Of a DNA stretch of 64,000 nucleotides, positions 37,901-46,985 are shown in pieces. Each line of letters begins with the position of its first letter. Position 1 is the first letter of the stretch. The notes below the pieces were generated by a model. It was given only the letters and a program-made list of their open reading frames with translations. It had not been told where the DNA came from and made no database searches. The stretch comes from Minisyncoccota bacterium (lineage in GTDB: Bacteria > Patescibacteriota > Minisyncoccia > Phycocordibacterales > Phycocordibacteraceae): contig DASZVH010000004.1 of assembly GCA_035547315.1 (NCBI GenBank), positions 76,108 to 140,107 on the forward strand, read 5' to 3'. Both the position numbers and the translations under genes were made by a program.

Positions 37901-38191
37901 ATGTACGGAGACCGGCCGAGAGTGACGCCCCACGAGTTCCAACACTACGTGCGCCCGGAGCTCTTGAACAAGGGATTCACCGAGCACCAGATCAACCAGG
38001 TCGAGACGGCGTTCCACGAATCCTTGGCGGGGAACCCGCACCTGCCCTCGTGGAAGCCGGGCGTAGACGCCGAGAATCTTGCGCAGACGATGCAATACAT
38101 GCGCGCGCACCCGGGCGCGACGATGGTCGGCCCGCACCACTGGGACGCCGTCAACGAGGTGATGGAGAAATATATCCATGAGCGCCACTAG
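37901..38191 (+). CDS. hypothetical protein
   Basis: ORF with high GC3; overlaps cax start by 14 nt; no family recognised. Confidence 0.35.
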   Translation: MYGDRPRVTPHEFQHYVRPELLNKGFTEHQINQVETAFHESLAGNPHLPSWKPGVDAENLAQTMQYMRAHPGATMVGPHHWDAVNEVMEKYIHERH

Positions 38192-39251
38192 AGAGAGCCG
38201 CTCCGATTATTTTTTCCTCGGGCTTCTTATCTTTGTACCGCTCTCCTTGTATACGGCGTGGCGTGGAATGCCGCCCTGGATGGTCTTTGCCGCCTCGCTC
38301 CTCGCGATCGTTCCGCTTGCCCGGTATATCTCGCTTGCGACCGAAGAGCTCGCGAGCCGCTCGGGCCCCGCGCTCGGCGGCTTGTTGAACGCGACCTTCG
38401 GCAACGCGCCCGAGCTCATCATTTCCGGCTTCGCGCTTGCGGCAGGGCTCGTCTCGGTGGTCAAGGCGGCCATCGTCGGCTCGATCCTCGGCAATCTGCT
38501 CCTCGTCTTGGGCACCGCGATCCTCGCCGGCGGCGTGACGCGCACCGCGCAGCGCTTCAATCTCACCGCCGCGCGCGCCAACGCTTCCGTGCTTCTCCTC
38601 GCCGTCGCCGCGCTCGTCATCCCGGCCGTCTTCTTCGCCACTTCGGCCGCCGTCTCGCCGCGCGCGGTCGAGGATCTCTCGCTCGCGATCGCGGGCCTCA
38701 TGATGCTCGTCTACGGCGGCGTGCTCCTTTTCTCGCTCAAGACGCACAAGCACCTCTATGTGGAGGCCGAGGCCGAGGGCGACGGGCGCGGCTGGAGCCG
38801 GGTCGCGAGCGCGCTCGCCCTCCTGGCCGCGACCGCGGCGACCGCGGCGGTGAGCGAGGTCTTCGTCGGCTCGATCCGCCCGATCGTCGACTCTTTCGGC
38901 TGGACGGAAGGGTTCATCGGCGCGGTGGTGATCGCGATCGCGGGCAACGCCGCCGAGCACGCCTCGGCGGTCTCCGCGGCGCTCAAGGACCGCATGGACC
39001 TCGCGCTCGCGATCTCGGTAGGCTCGGCGACCCAGGTGTTGATGTTCGTCACGCCCGCCTTGGTCATTGCGGGCGCCTTGCTCGGTGCGCCCATGACGCT
39101 CGTCTTCTCCACCTTCTCCCTCGTGGCGCTCGTCTTCGGCATCTTCGTCGCCAATTCGATCATCGAAGACGGCGAGAGCAACTGGTTCGAGGGCCTGCAG
39201 CTCATCGCGCTCTACGGCATCGTCGCGGCCGCCTTCTTCTTCCACCCATGA
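38178..39251 (+). CDS. cax: Ca2+/H+ antiporter (CaCA family, ChaA/Cax-like)
   Basis: Two alpha-repeat motifs GNAPELIISGFALAAG and GNAAEHASAVSAAL; 10-11 TM segments. Confidence 0.85.
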   Translation: MSATRESRSDYFFLGLLIFVPLSLYTAWRGMPPWMVFAASLLAIVPLARYISLATEELASRSGPALGGLLNATFGNAPELIISGFALAAGLVSVVKAAIVGSILGNLLLVLGTAILAGGVTRTAQRFNLTAARANASVLLLAVAALVIPAVFFATSAAVSPRAVEDLSLAIAGLMMLVYGGVLLFSLKTHKHLYVEAEAEGDGRGWSRVASALALLAATAATAAVSEVFVGSIRPIVDSFGWTEGFIGAVVIAIAGNAAEHASAVSAALKDRMDLALAISVGSATQVLMFVTPALVIAGALLGAPMTLVFSTFSLVALVFGIFVANSIIEDGESNWFEGLQLIALYGIVAAAFFFHP

Positions 39252-39712
39252 GGGCGCTGGCGTTCGCCGCGCTCGCGCTCCTGTGTCTCATAGGCCTCGC
39301 TGTCGCGTATCGGACAGGAGCGGGGAGCCGCGCGAGCTTCGGTGGCGTGTCCTTGACGCTCGAGTATGCGACAACCACGGCCGAGCGCGAGCTCGGCCTC
39401 GGCGGCCGAGCCGATATTCCGAGCAACTACGGCATGCTCTTCGTCTTCCCGGACGACGAGCGCTGGGGCATCTGGATGAAAAGCATGCGGGTGCCGCTCG
39501 ACCTCTTTTGGCTCGACGACGACCGGCGCGTGGTCTGGATAGAGCGGGAAGTGGCGACCGACACCTATCCGGATGTCTTTTATCCGCCCGTGCCGGCGCG
39601 CTATGTCCTTGAGACGGCCGCGGGCTTCGCCGCGACGCATCAGGTCGCGAGCGGTACGCCGCTCTTCCTGCCTGCTACGCCAAACGCCGCCTCTCATCGA
39701 GGCGGCGTTTGA
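39248..39712 (+). CDS. DUF192 domain protein (COG1430)
   Basis: ATGA overlap with cax; signal-like N-terminus; ERELGLGGRADIPSNYGMLFVFPDDERWGIWMKSMRVPLDLFWLD matches DUF192 core; N-terminal part of track ORF 38258.. is spurious. Confidence 0.65.
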   Translation: MRALAFAALALLCLIGLAVAYRTGAGSRASFGGVSLTLEYATTTAERELGLGGRADIPSNYGMLFVFPDDERWGIWMKSMRVPLDLFWLDDDRRVVWIEREVATDTYPDVFYPPVPARYVLETAAGFAATHQVASGTPLFLPATPNAASHRGGV

Positions 39713-39718
39713 TTTTTT
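39681..39718 (+). terminator. rho-independent terminator overlapping DUF192 stop codon
   Basis: aaacgccgcctc-tcatc-gaggcggcgttt hairpin followed by gattttttgg. Confidence 0.5.
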
Positions 39719-39720
39719 GG

Positions 39721-40080
39721 GGACCCGGCCGATAAGCCGAATTCTGTCTTGCTTCGCCGTAGCCCGGCGAGGCGAGGCGATCATTTATCTGTCTCGATTG
39801 TCGCCAACCGGATCAAGCGGCACCCCCGCCGCACCTCGCAGGTGGGCGGGTACGGCCTTGCACGCGGGTAAGGATTTAGCCGTTTCATCCCGTACCTTGC
39901 GGTACGGCTCGCCCCTCGGGATTACCCTCGGGGCGCTTGCACGCTTTCGCCGCAAGCGTCTCTGTTCGCACCTCGCGCCTCGCGGCGTGCGGGGATTACC
40001 CGCTACCTTGCTGCTCCCGAGGGAGCGCGTGTTCGGACTTTCCTCCCCGCCGAAAGCGGAGCGATCGCCTGGCCGGGTCC
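39721..40080 (-). ncRNA. rnpB: RNase P RNA (bacterial type A-like)
   Basis: Minus strand: P1 GGACCCGGCC...GGCCGGGUCC closing helix; P4 strands GGGAGGAAAGUCCGAACAC and ACAGAAUUCGGCUUAUCGG present at expected 5'/3' positions; about 360 nt; track ORFs here are Arg-rich non-coding. Confidence 0.75.
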
Positions 40081-40178
40081 GCAGGTATTATACCACGGAT
40101 CCGCGGGGAAAACCCCGCCTTGCGCCCGCTCGCGCGGGGTATACTGCATCCATTAATCTCTTAGCCGAAGAATCAATC

Positions 40179-42545
40179 ATGCCTCCGCAAGCAACCGCCA
40201 AACGTCTTTCGCTCGAGACCGTCGTGGTCTGGGCTCTCCTCGCCGTCGTCATCGTCGCCGCTGTCGCGGTGACGCCATGGAACGCGGTGCCCTCCGCCGC
40301 GACCAAGGCGTTCGTCATCGGCGCCGGCGCCATTATCGCGCTCGCGCTCTACATTCTCGCCCGCCTCGGGCGCGGCAGCGTCGTGCTCCCGCCCGCGCTC
40401 CTGCTCGGCGCGCTCTGGCTCCCCGCGCTCGCGTACCTGCTCTCGGCCGCCTTCTCGGGCGCCGGCTTCTCCGCCGCGGCCTTCGGCGCGGCGCTCGACA
40501 CCGACACCTTCGGCTTCATCCTCGCGGCGACGGTGCTTGGCTCGCTCTTCGCGCTTTCGCCGCGCCGCGCCGAGGAGTTCAAACGGCTCTTCTCCCTCTT
40601 CGGCTGGGCGCTCGGCATCATGGCCGCGCTGCAGATCCTTATCGTCATCGTGGGGCAGTTCGCTCCCGGGACCATCGCGCCCTCCTTCTCGCTCCTGGGG
40701 AGTCTCGGCGAGCTCGGCAGCGTCGCGGGGCTCGGCCTCGTGCTCTCGCTCGTCGCCTTGCGCACGCTCGCGCTCTCTCCGCGCCGCCGCGCGCAGCTCT
40801 ACGTGCTCGGCGCGCTCCTCCTGGTCGCGCTCGCCTTTGCCAATCTGACCCTCCCGTGGGTGCTCGTTGCGCTCGCCGCGCTCGCGCTCTTCGTCGAGGC
40901 GGTGATGCGCCGCGCGCCCGCAGGCGGCAGCGAAGAGCTCGAGGGCGCCGCGCTGATCGAGGAGGATGACGCCGGTCCCGCCGGCGGCGAGCGCCCCCTG
41001 ATCGCGCCATTGGTCGTGCTCGCGGTCGCGCTCTTTTTCCTCATCGGCGGCACGCTCGGCAACGGGCTCACCACGGCTCTGCATATCTCTTCGCTCAATG
41101 TCCGGCCCTCCTGGCAGTCGACGCTTGCGACCGCCGGCAGCGTCTATCGCTCCTCGCCCGTCTTCGGCTCGGGGCCCGACACCTTCGGCGCGCACTGGCT
41201 CCTCGCGCGCAACGCGGCGCTCAATAGCACCGTCTTCGCCAACATCGACTTCACCGCCGGCATCGGCAGCGTCCCGACCTCCTTCGTGACCACCGGGCTC
41301 GCGGGCGTGCTCGCCTGGGTGCTCTTCTTGGGCGCGTTCCTCTTCTTCGGCGGCCGGGCGCTCCTCCTGCGCAGCCCCGAGGAGCCGCTGGTGCGCTACG
41401 CGCTGCTCGCCTCGTTCGTCGGCTTCGGCTATCTGGCGCTGCTTGCGATCCTCTCGGTGCCGGGGCCTTTCGTCTATGCGCTGCTCTTCGTCTTCGCGGG
41501 CATCTTCATCTCCGCCGCGCGCTACGCCAAGGGCGCCGCGCAGTGGGGCGTCGTCTTCGGCCGGTCGCCGCGCGTCGGCTTCGTGATCGTCTTCTGCCTC
41601 ACGCTGCTCCTCTTGGCCGCGGTCGCCGCCGCCTATGCGCTCGTCGAGCGCTACGTCGCGGTCGCCGACCTCGCGCGCGCCGAACAGGCGCTCGCCGCGG
41701 GCGATACCGCCGGCGCCGCAGCCGCCGCGCAGAGCTCGCTCTCCTTCGCTCCCTCGGCCGCCGCCTATGAGGCGCAGGCGCTCGCCGCCCTCGGGCAGAT
41801 GAACGCGATCGCCGGCGACGCCACGCTCTCGCAGGCCGCCGCCCAGCAGCAGTTCCAGGCCGCGCTCTCGGCGGGCATCAACGCGGCGCTCACCGCGACG
41901 CAGCTCGCGCCCGCCGACTACACGGCGTGGATCACGCTCGGCAACCTCTACGCGGCGGTGGTCCCGCTCGGCGTCGCGGACTCCTACGACAGCGCCAAGG
42001 CCGCCTACGCCAAGGCCGGAGCGCTCAACCCGACCTCGCCTTCGATCCCGTATCTCCTCGCGCAGCTCGAGATAGCGAACAAAGACCTTCCCGCGGCCGA
42101 GACCGCGCTTAAGCAGGCGATCACGCTCTCGCCGAGCGACACGCAGGCGATCCTCCTGCTCTCGCAGCTCGAGGTGGCTTCGGGCGACCTGCAAAGCGCC
42201 CTCGCCGACGCGAAAGCCGCCGCTTACTTCACCCCGAACGACCCGAACGTCCTCTACCAGCTGGGCGTGCTCGAGGCCGCCTCCGGCGACCTGCAAAGCG
42301 CGGTCTCGGCGCTCTCGGCCGCGGTCGCCGCCAATCCGCAGTTCGCCAACGCGCGCTACCTGCTCGCCGCCGCCTACGCCAAGAGGGCGGATTATACCGA
42401 CGCGCTCGCGCAGCTTTCGGCCATCGCCGCGCTCTCCGACGACAACAAGCAGGCGGTCGCCGCCGACATCGACGCGCTCTCGGCAGGGGAGAACCCGTTC
42501 CCGGCGAACCTCCTCGCGGCGTCCTCGACCAGCCTCTCGCAGTAG
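40179..42545 (+). CDS. O-antigen ligase/Wzy-like polytopic membrane protein with C-terminal TPR repeats
   Basis: Start ATG 40179 (MPPQATAKRLSLETVVVWALL); >10 TM segments then Ala-rich TPR-like repeats (...AKAAYAKAGALNPTSPSIPYLLAQLE...); upstream 600 nt of track ORF covers RNase P RNA and is rejected. Confidence 0.55.
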   Translation: MPPQATAKRLSLETVVVWALLAVVIVAAVAVTPWNAVPSAATKAFVIGAGAIIALALYILARLGRGSVVLPPALLLGALWLPALAYLLSAAFSGAGFSAAAFGAALDTDTFGFILAATVLGSLFALSPRRAEEFKRLFSLFGWALGIMAALQILIVIVGQFAPGTIAPSFSLLGSLGELGSVAGLGLVLSLVALRTLALSPRRRAQLYVLGALLLVALAFANLTLPWVLVALAALALFVEAVMRRAPAGGSEELEGAALIEEDDAGPAGGERPLIAPLVVLAVALFFLIGGTLGNGLTTALHISSLNVRPSWQSTLATAGSVYRSSPVFGSGPDTFGAHWLLARNAALNSTVFANIDFTAGIGSVPTSFVTTGLAGVLAWVLFLGAFLFFGGRALLLRSPEEPLVRYALLASFVGFGYLALLAILSVPGPFVYALLFVFAGIFISAARYAKGAAQWGVVFGRSPRVGFVIVFCLTLLLLAAVAAAYALVERYVAVADLARAEQALAAGDTAGAAAAAQSSLSFAPSAAAYEAQALAALGQMNAIAGDATLSQAAAQQQFQAALSAGINAALTATQLAPADYTAWITLGNLYAAVVPLGVADSYDSAKAAYAKAGALNPTSPSIPYLLAQLEIANKDLPAAETALKQAITLSPSDTQAILLLSQLEVASGDLQSALADAKAAAYFTPNDPNVLYQLGVLEAASGDLQSAVSALSAAVAANPQFANARYLLAAAYAKRADYTDALAQLSAIAALSDDNKQAVAADIDALSAGENPFPANLLAASSTSLSQ

Positions 42546-42571
42546 CGGGGCCGGGCGCGTAGAATAGGGAG

Positions 42572-44236
42572 ATGGTCAAGCGCCTGCTCGAGCGGATCGC
42601 GCGCCCCGTACGCGGCCTGCATCAGGCCGCGTACGTGCTTGCGGGCCTCACGCTCGCCTCGCAGCTCCTCGCGCTGCTGCGCGACCGCACCTTCGCGCAC
42701 GTTTTCGGCGCCTCGCAGACGCTCGACTTCTACTATGCCGCCTTCAAGGTGCCGGATCTGGTGTTCGCCCTCGTCTCCTCGCTCGTCTCCGCCTATATCC
42801 TGATCCCGCGCATCACGGGCGCCTCGCGCGAGGAGGCGGGGCGGTTCCTCTCCGAGTCGCTCACGTTCCTGCTTGCCGGCGGCGGGGTGATCTGTCTCGC
42901 GCTCGCGCTCCTGGCGCCGGAGATCCTCTTCTCCATTTATCCGCAATTCGCCGCCTCGCCGCAGGCGGGCGCCTTCATCCTGCTCGCGCGCATACTCCTC
43001 ATCCAGCCGATCCTCCTCGGCGCTTCCGGCGTCCTCGGGAGCGTGACCCAGGTCGAGCGGCAATTCTTCCTCTTCGCGCTCGCGCCGGTGCTCTACAACC
43101 TCGGCATCATCCTCGGGACGGTGCTCCTCTTCCCGCGGCTGGGCTTGCCGGGGATCGGCTATGGCGTGGTCGCGGGCAGCCTCGCCTATGTCGCGACCAA
43201 TCTCCCCTCGCTCGCGCGGGCCGGCATCCGCATCCGCTTCATCCGGCCGCGGCTCGCCGAACTGCTCCCGGTGGTGCGCGACTCGATCCCGCGCTCCTTG
43301 GCGCTCGGGATGGATTCTTTCACGCTCCTCTTCCTCACCGCGCTCGCGGCGCGGCTCTCCGAGGGCTCGGTATCCGTCTTCACGCTCGCGGGCAACCTGG
43401 AGAACGTGCCGCTCTCGCTTATCGGCGGCTCCTATGCGGTCGCCGCCTTCCCGGCGCTCTCGAAGCACGCTGCGGACCGGGAAGAGTTCACCCGCGTGCT
43501 CTCGGGGAGCGCGCGGCACATCATCCTCTGGTCGATGGTCTTTATCGGGCTCGTAATCACGCTGCGCGCATATATCGTCCGCGTCATCCTGGGCTCGGGC
43601 GCCTTCGACTGGGACGCCACCCGGCTCACCGCCGCCCTGCTCGCGCTCTTCGTCGTCGGGCTCGCGGCCCAGGGGCTGGTGCTCCTCTTCTCCCGCGCCT
43701 TGTACGCCGTCAAACAGTCCTGGCGGCCGTTCTTCTACCAGCTCGGGGCCGCCCTCTTCACCGCGGCCGCGGCGCTCCTCCTGCTCTCGCCCGCCGCGCG
43801 CGGCTCCTTCGCCCCATGGCTCGCGGGCATCCTGCGGGTCGGCGACATCTCCGACGCGCTCGTCCTCACGCTCGCCTTCGCCGCGACGTTGGGCGAGATA
43901 TTCCTCGCCGCCTTCGCGACCTACGCGCTCCGGCAGGCGGCGCCCGGCCTCGCGCGCTCCCTGCTCCGGCCGCTGCTCGAGGGCGGCGTCGCCGCCTTCG
44001 CCGGCGGGGGAGCCGCGTATCTGGCGCTCTGGTATCTCGGCGGGATCGCGCCGCTCTCCACCTCGGGCGTCGTTTTCGCCGACGGCTTCATCGCGGGGGT
44101 GCTCGGCCTCGCCGCCTCGGCGCTCACGCTCTTCCTGCTCAAGAACGAGGAATTCGCCGACATCGTCTCGGCGGCGCGCCGCATCTCGACCAAGATCCTC
44201 CCGCCCTCGGCACCCGAGGAGGCTATCCCCAACTAA
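42572..44236 (+). CDS. murJ: lipid II flippase MurJ (MviN)
   Basis: LASQLLALLRDRTFAHVFGAS..DFYYAAFKVPDLVFAL...; 14 TM MOP-superfamily layout. Confidence 0.8.
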   Translation: MVKRLLERIARPVRGLHQAAYVLAGLTLASQLLALLRDRTFAHVFGASQTLDFYYAAFKVPDLVFALVSSLVSAYILIPRITGASREEAGRFLSESLTFLLAGGGVICLALALLAPEILFSIYPQFAASPQAGAFILLARILLIQPILLGASGVLGSVTQVERQFFLFALAPVLYNLGIILGTVLLFPRLGLPGIGYGVVAGSLAYVATNLPSLARAGIRIRFIRPRLAELLPVVRDSIPRSLALGMDSFTLLFLTALAARLSEGSVSVFTLAGNLENVPLSLIGGSYAVAAFPALSKHAADREEFTRVLSGSARHIILWSMVFIGLVITLRAYIVRVILGSGAFDWDATRLTAALLALFVVGLAAQGLVLLFSRALYAVKQSWRPFFYQLGAALFTAAAALLLLSPAARGSFAPWLAGILRVGDISDALVLTLAFAATLGEIFLAAFATYALRQAAPGLARSLLRPLLEGGVAAFAGGGAAYLALWYLGGIAPLSTSGVVFADGFIAGVLGLAASALTLFLLKNEEFADIVSAARRISTKILPPSAPEEAIPN

Positions 44237-44258
44237 AGGGAGATGCTAGAGTCGCGTA

Positions 44259-46082
44259 GTGGAGATACGCAACTTCTCGATCATCGCGCACATTGACCAC
44301 GGGAAGAGCACCCTGGCTGATCGCCTGCTCGAGAAGACGGGCACTATCCCCGAGCGCAAGATGCGCGCGCAGGTCTTGGACAAGATGGACCTCGAGCGCG
44401 AGCGCGGGATCACGATCAAGATGCAGCCGGTGCGGATGACCTATCGCGCGGCGGACGGTCGCGACTATATTTTGAATTTGATCGATACGCCCGGGCATAT
44501 CGACTTCTCCTATGAGGTCTCGCGGGCGCTTAAGGCGGTCGAGGGCGTCGTCTTGCTTGTGGACTCTACCCAGGGAGTCCAGGCGCAAACGTTGACCACC
44601 CTCGCCGCGGCCAAGGAGGCCGGCTGCGCTATCATCCCGGTGGTCTCCAAGATAGATTCTCCCTACGCGCGCGTGCCGGAGGTCAAAGCGGAGCTCGCGC
44701 GCCTGCTCGAGGTCCGGGAGGGGAGTGTGCTCGCGGTCTCGGGGAAGACGGGCGCCGGCGTAGAGCAATTGCTGCAGGCAATTGTGGAAAGAGTGCCCGC
44801 GCCGACAAGGTCGAACCTCGTAAATCCCGAAGGTTCGACCTTGTCGGGCGAAGCGCGCGGGCTCATCTTCGACTTCTCCTATTCCACGCACCGCGGCATC
44901 GCCGTCTATCTGCGCGTCTTCGACGGCTCGATCAAGGCGGGCGACAAATTGTCCTTCCGCGCGGCAGGCCGTGATTTTACGGCCCTCGAGGTCGGCGTCT
45001 TCACCCCCGAGGAGGCGCCCACCGCCGCGCTTGGCGCGGGAGAGATCGGCTACGTGGTCACCGGCATCAAGGAGCCGGGCGTGGTTGCGGTCGGCGACAC
45101 CGTCGGCGCCACCAAGGGTGCTCTGCCGGCCCTGGCGGGTTTTGAACGGCCGCGTCCGGTGGTCTGGGCCTCCGTCTATCCGGAAAGCCAAGACGATCTG
45201 CCACTTCTTCGCCAGGCGCTTGAGCGCCTGCGGCTCTCCGACTCCTCGCTCTCCTTTGAGGAGGAATCATCCGGGGTGCTCGGGCGAGGCTTCCGCTGCG
45301 GGTTCTTGGGGCTCCTCCATTTGGAGATCATCACGGAGCGCCTGCGGCGCGAGTTCAGCCTCACCTTGGTGGTCACGATCCCGACGATCTCCTATGTGGT
45401 CACCACGGAGAACGGCAAAACAGAGACTTACTACACGCCGGCCAAGTTCCCCGAGTTCGGCGAGATCAAAGAGATCCGCGAGCCTTGGGCAAACGCGATT
45501 ATCATCACGCCCCCAGAGTCCCTCTCCGGCATCATGCAGCTCCTCTACGAGCATGAGGCGGAAGTTAAAAACACCGAGACCTTCCCTGACGGCAGGATCG
45601 AGCTTGCTGCGGAGCTGCCCTTGCGGGAGCTTATGCGCGGATTCTTCGATGCACTCAAGAATGTCTCCTCGGGCTACGCGAGCCTCTCCTATGAGCTCCT
45701 GCCAGAGCGGCCGGCCGACGTGGTGCGTCTCGATATCTTGGTCGCGGAGGAGCCGGTGCCCGCCTTCGCGCGGATCGTCGCGCGGCGGCGCGTACAAGAG
45801 GAGGCGGAGAAGATGGTCGAGCGCCTCCATGCCATACTCCCCAAGCAGCTCTTTGTCACCAAGATCCAGGCGCGCGCCTTGGGGCGGATCATCTCCTCGC
45901 GCTCCTTATCCGCGATGCGCAAGGATGTCACGGGTTACCTCTACGGCGGCGACGTCTCCCGCAAGCAAAAACTCCTGCAAAAGCAGAAGCGGGGCAAGAA
46001 GAAGCTCCTCGCGCACGGCACCGGCCGGGTGACCATCCCCGAGGACGTCTTTATGAAGATGGTGCAGGAAAGCGACCGCTAA
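44259..46082 (+). CDS. lepA: elongation factor 4 (LepA)
   Basis: GTG start; IRNFSIIAHIDHGKSTLADRLL, DTPGHIDF, SKID G-motifs; C-terminal LepA-specific region ...LLQKQKRGKKK. Confidence 0.9.
   Translation: MEIRNFSIIAHIDHGKSTLADRLLEKTGTIPERKMRAQVLDKMDLERERGITIKMQPVRMTYRAADGRDYILNLIDTPGHIDFSYEVSRALKAVEGVVLLVDSTQGVQAQTLTTLAAAKEAGCAIIPVVSKIDSPYARVPEVKAELARLLEVREGSVLAVSGKTGAGVEQLLQAIVERVPAPTRSNLVNPEGSTLSGEARGLIFDFSYSTHRGIAVYLRVFDGSIKAGDKLSFRAAGRDFTALEVGVFTPEEAPTAALGAGEIGYVVTGIKEPGVVAVGDTVGATKGALPALAGFERPRPVVWASVYPESQDDLPLLRQALERLRLSDSSLSFEEESSGVLGRGFRCGFLGLLHLEIITERLRREFSLTLVVTIPTISYVVTTENGKTETYYTPAKFPEFGEIKEIREPWANAIIITPPESLSGIMQLLYEHEAEVKNTETFPDGRIELAAELPLRELMRGFFDALKNVSSGYASLSYELLPERPADVVRLDILVAEEPVPAFARIVARRRVQEEAEKMVERLHAILPKQLFVTKIQARALGRIISSRSLSAMRKDVTGYLYGGDVSRKQKLLQKQKRGKKKLLAHGTGRVTIPEDVFMKMVQESDR
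44804..44845. repeat. 42-nt palindromic element (15-bp perfect arms GACAAGGTCGAACCT / AGGTTCGACCTTGTC, 12-nt spacer) in-frame within lepA
   Basis: Read directly; encodes TRSNLVNPEGSTLS inserted between ...RVPAP and GEARGLIFD... Confidence 0.6.
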
Positions 46083-46100
46083 GAAGGTATACTGGGCCGC

Positions 46101-46439
46101 ATGCGGCGGATCGAGTGGAGGAAGGGGCTTGCGATCGGCGTACTTATCCTGACCGCCGTCTGGCTCGGCTCCCTGATCTGGAGTTTGGCGGGAAAGGCGG
46201 ACCTCGCCTGGCGGCAGGCGCACGACACGCGGGCCGAGTACCTGGCGCTCGAGGCGCGGCGGCAGGAGCTTGCCGCCGACAGCGCCGCGCTCGAGACGCC
46301 GCGCGGGCAGGACGCCGCCATTCGCGAGGCCTTCGGCGTTGCGCGGCCGGGAGAAGAGGTTATCGTGGTAGTGCCGCCTGCCACCTCGACGCCCACCTCG
46401 ACGCCGCCGTGGTGGCGGCAGGTGCTGGATTGGTTCTAA
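46101..46439 (+). CDS. FtsB/DivIC-like septum formation initiator family protein (TM + coiled coil)
   Basis: AAGAAGG RBS; KGLAIGVLILTAVWLGSLIWSL TM then RAEYLALEARRQELAADSAALE coiled coil. Confidence 0.45.
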   Translation: MRRIEWRKGLAIGVLILTAVWLGSLIWSLAGKADLAWRQAHDTRAEYLALEARRQELAADSAALETPRGQDAAIREAFGVARPGEEVIVVVPPATSTPTSTPPWWRQVLDWF

Positions 46440-46467
46440 ATAAGGAAGAACCGGTTTTGCTTTTGGT

Positions 46468-46541
46468 GCAGGATTAGTTTAGTGGCAGAATAGTTGCTTC
46501 CCAAGCAATAGGCGCGAGTTCGATTCTCGCATCCTGCACCA
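46468..46541 (+). tRNA. tRNA-Gly (anticodon CCC), CCA encoded
   Basis: Hand-folded: acceptor GCAGGAT/ATCCTGC, anticodon stem GTTGC/GCAAT loop UUCCCAA, T-arm GCGAG-TTCGATT-CTCGC. Confidence 0.8.
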
Positions 46542-46555
46542 AGCGCAAAACCGAT

Positions 46556-46589
46556 GAAAACGGGGCCCCGCTCCCCGTTTTCATTTTCC
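46556..46589 (+). terminator. rho-independent terminator after tRNA-Gly
   Basis: gaaaacgggg-ccccgct-ccccgttttc followed by auuuucc. Confidence 0.5.
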
Positions 46590-46628
46590 AAGCAATAGGC
46601 GGGAGTTCGATGCTCCCATTCCGCACAG
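46586..46628 (+). repeat. degenerate duplicate of tRNA-Gly 3' half (attachment-site-like)
   Basis: ttccaagcaataggcgggagttcgatgctcccattccgcaca vs tRNA ttcccaagcaataggcgcgagttcgattctcgcatcctgcacca (about 36/43 identical). Confidence 0.5.
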
Positions 46629-46666
46629 CGGTCAGAGACCCGTTTTTAGTCCGCGAGGCCTCTTAA

Positions 46667-46918
46667 AAAGTTCGCAACCGTGAGGCCTGTTCGGTTGAGG
46701 ATCCCACGTTTCAGACGCTCGGCTACGCCGTTGCGAAAATCGACACAACGAAGTTCCTCGGCATCTTTCCGATCAAGCAGAAACCGCGCCCTATCGTCTT
46801 CATCACCGACAACGGCAAGGCGGCGGTCTATGACCGCTCAATTCTCGATATCGTTAACGAAGAACTGGATCGCGCAGGTCTCGGTGCTTGCGCCCAGTTC
46901 GAAGAATGTCCGGTCTAG
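46667..46918 (+). pseudogene. orphan C-terminal gene fragment (83 codons, no start codon) downstream of tRNA-Gly duplicate
   Basis: Frame reads ...DPTFQTLGYAVAKIDTTKFLGIFPIKQKPRPIVFITDNGKAAVYDRSILDIVNEELDRAGLGACAQFEECPV* with protein-like composition but begins immediately after an in-frame TAA. Confidence 0.3.
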
Positions 46919-46936
46919 TTAAACGGGCACAAATAA

Positions 46937-46966
46937 AAAGGCCCGGGGATTTCTCCTCGGGCCTTT
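46937..46966 (-). terminator. rho-independent terminator of 358-aa hypothetical gene
   Basis: Minus strand aaaggcccg-aggagaaatccc-cgggccttt followed by UUUAUUUG. Confidence 0.5.
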
Positions 46967-46985
46967 CGATATTGCGTTAACGGAA

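Noticed and set aside
38151-39245. 364-aa - strand ORF and + ORF 38258..39712 N-terminal part
   Set aside because: Alternate or antisense frames of the cax gene, Arg-rich; only the last 155 codons of 38258..39712 (DUF192) are real.
39573-40178. N-terminal 200 codons of track ORF 39573..42545 and - ORF 39212..39784
   Set aside because: They cover the RNase P RNA gene and its flanks; basic low-complexity translation. Real CDS starts at 40179.
40173-42296. 707-aa - strand ORF
   Set aside because: Antisense of the O-antigen-ligase/TPR gene.
42392-43519. 375-aa - strand ORF
   Set aside because: Antisense of murJ.
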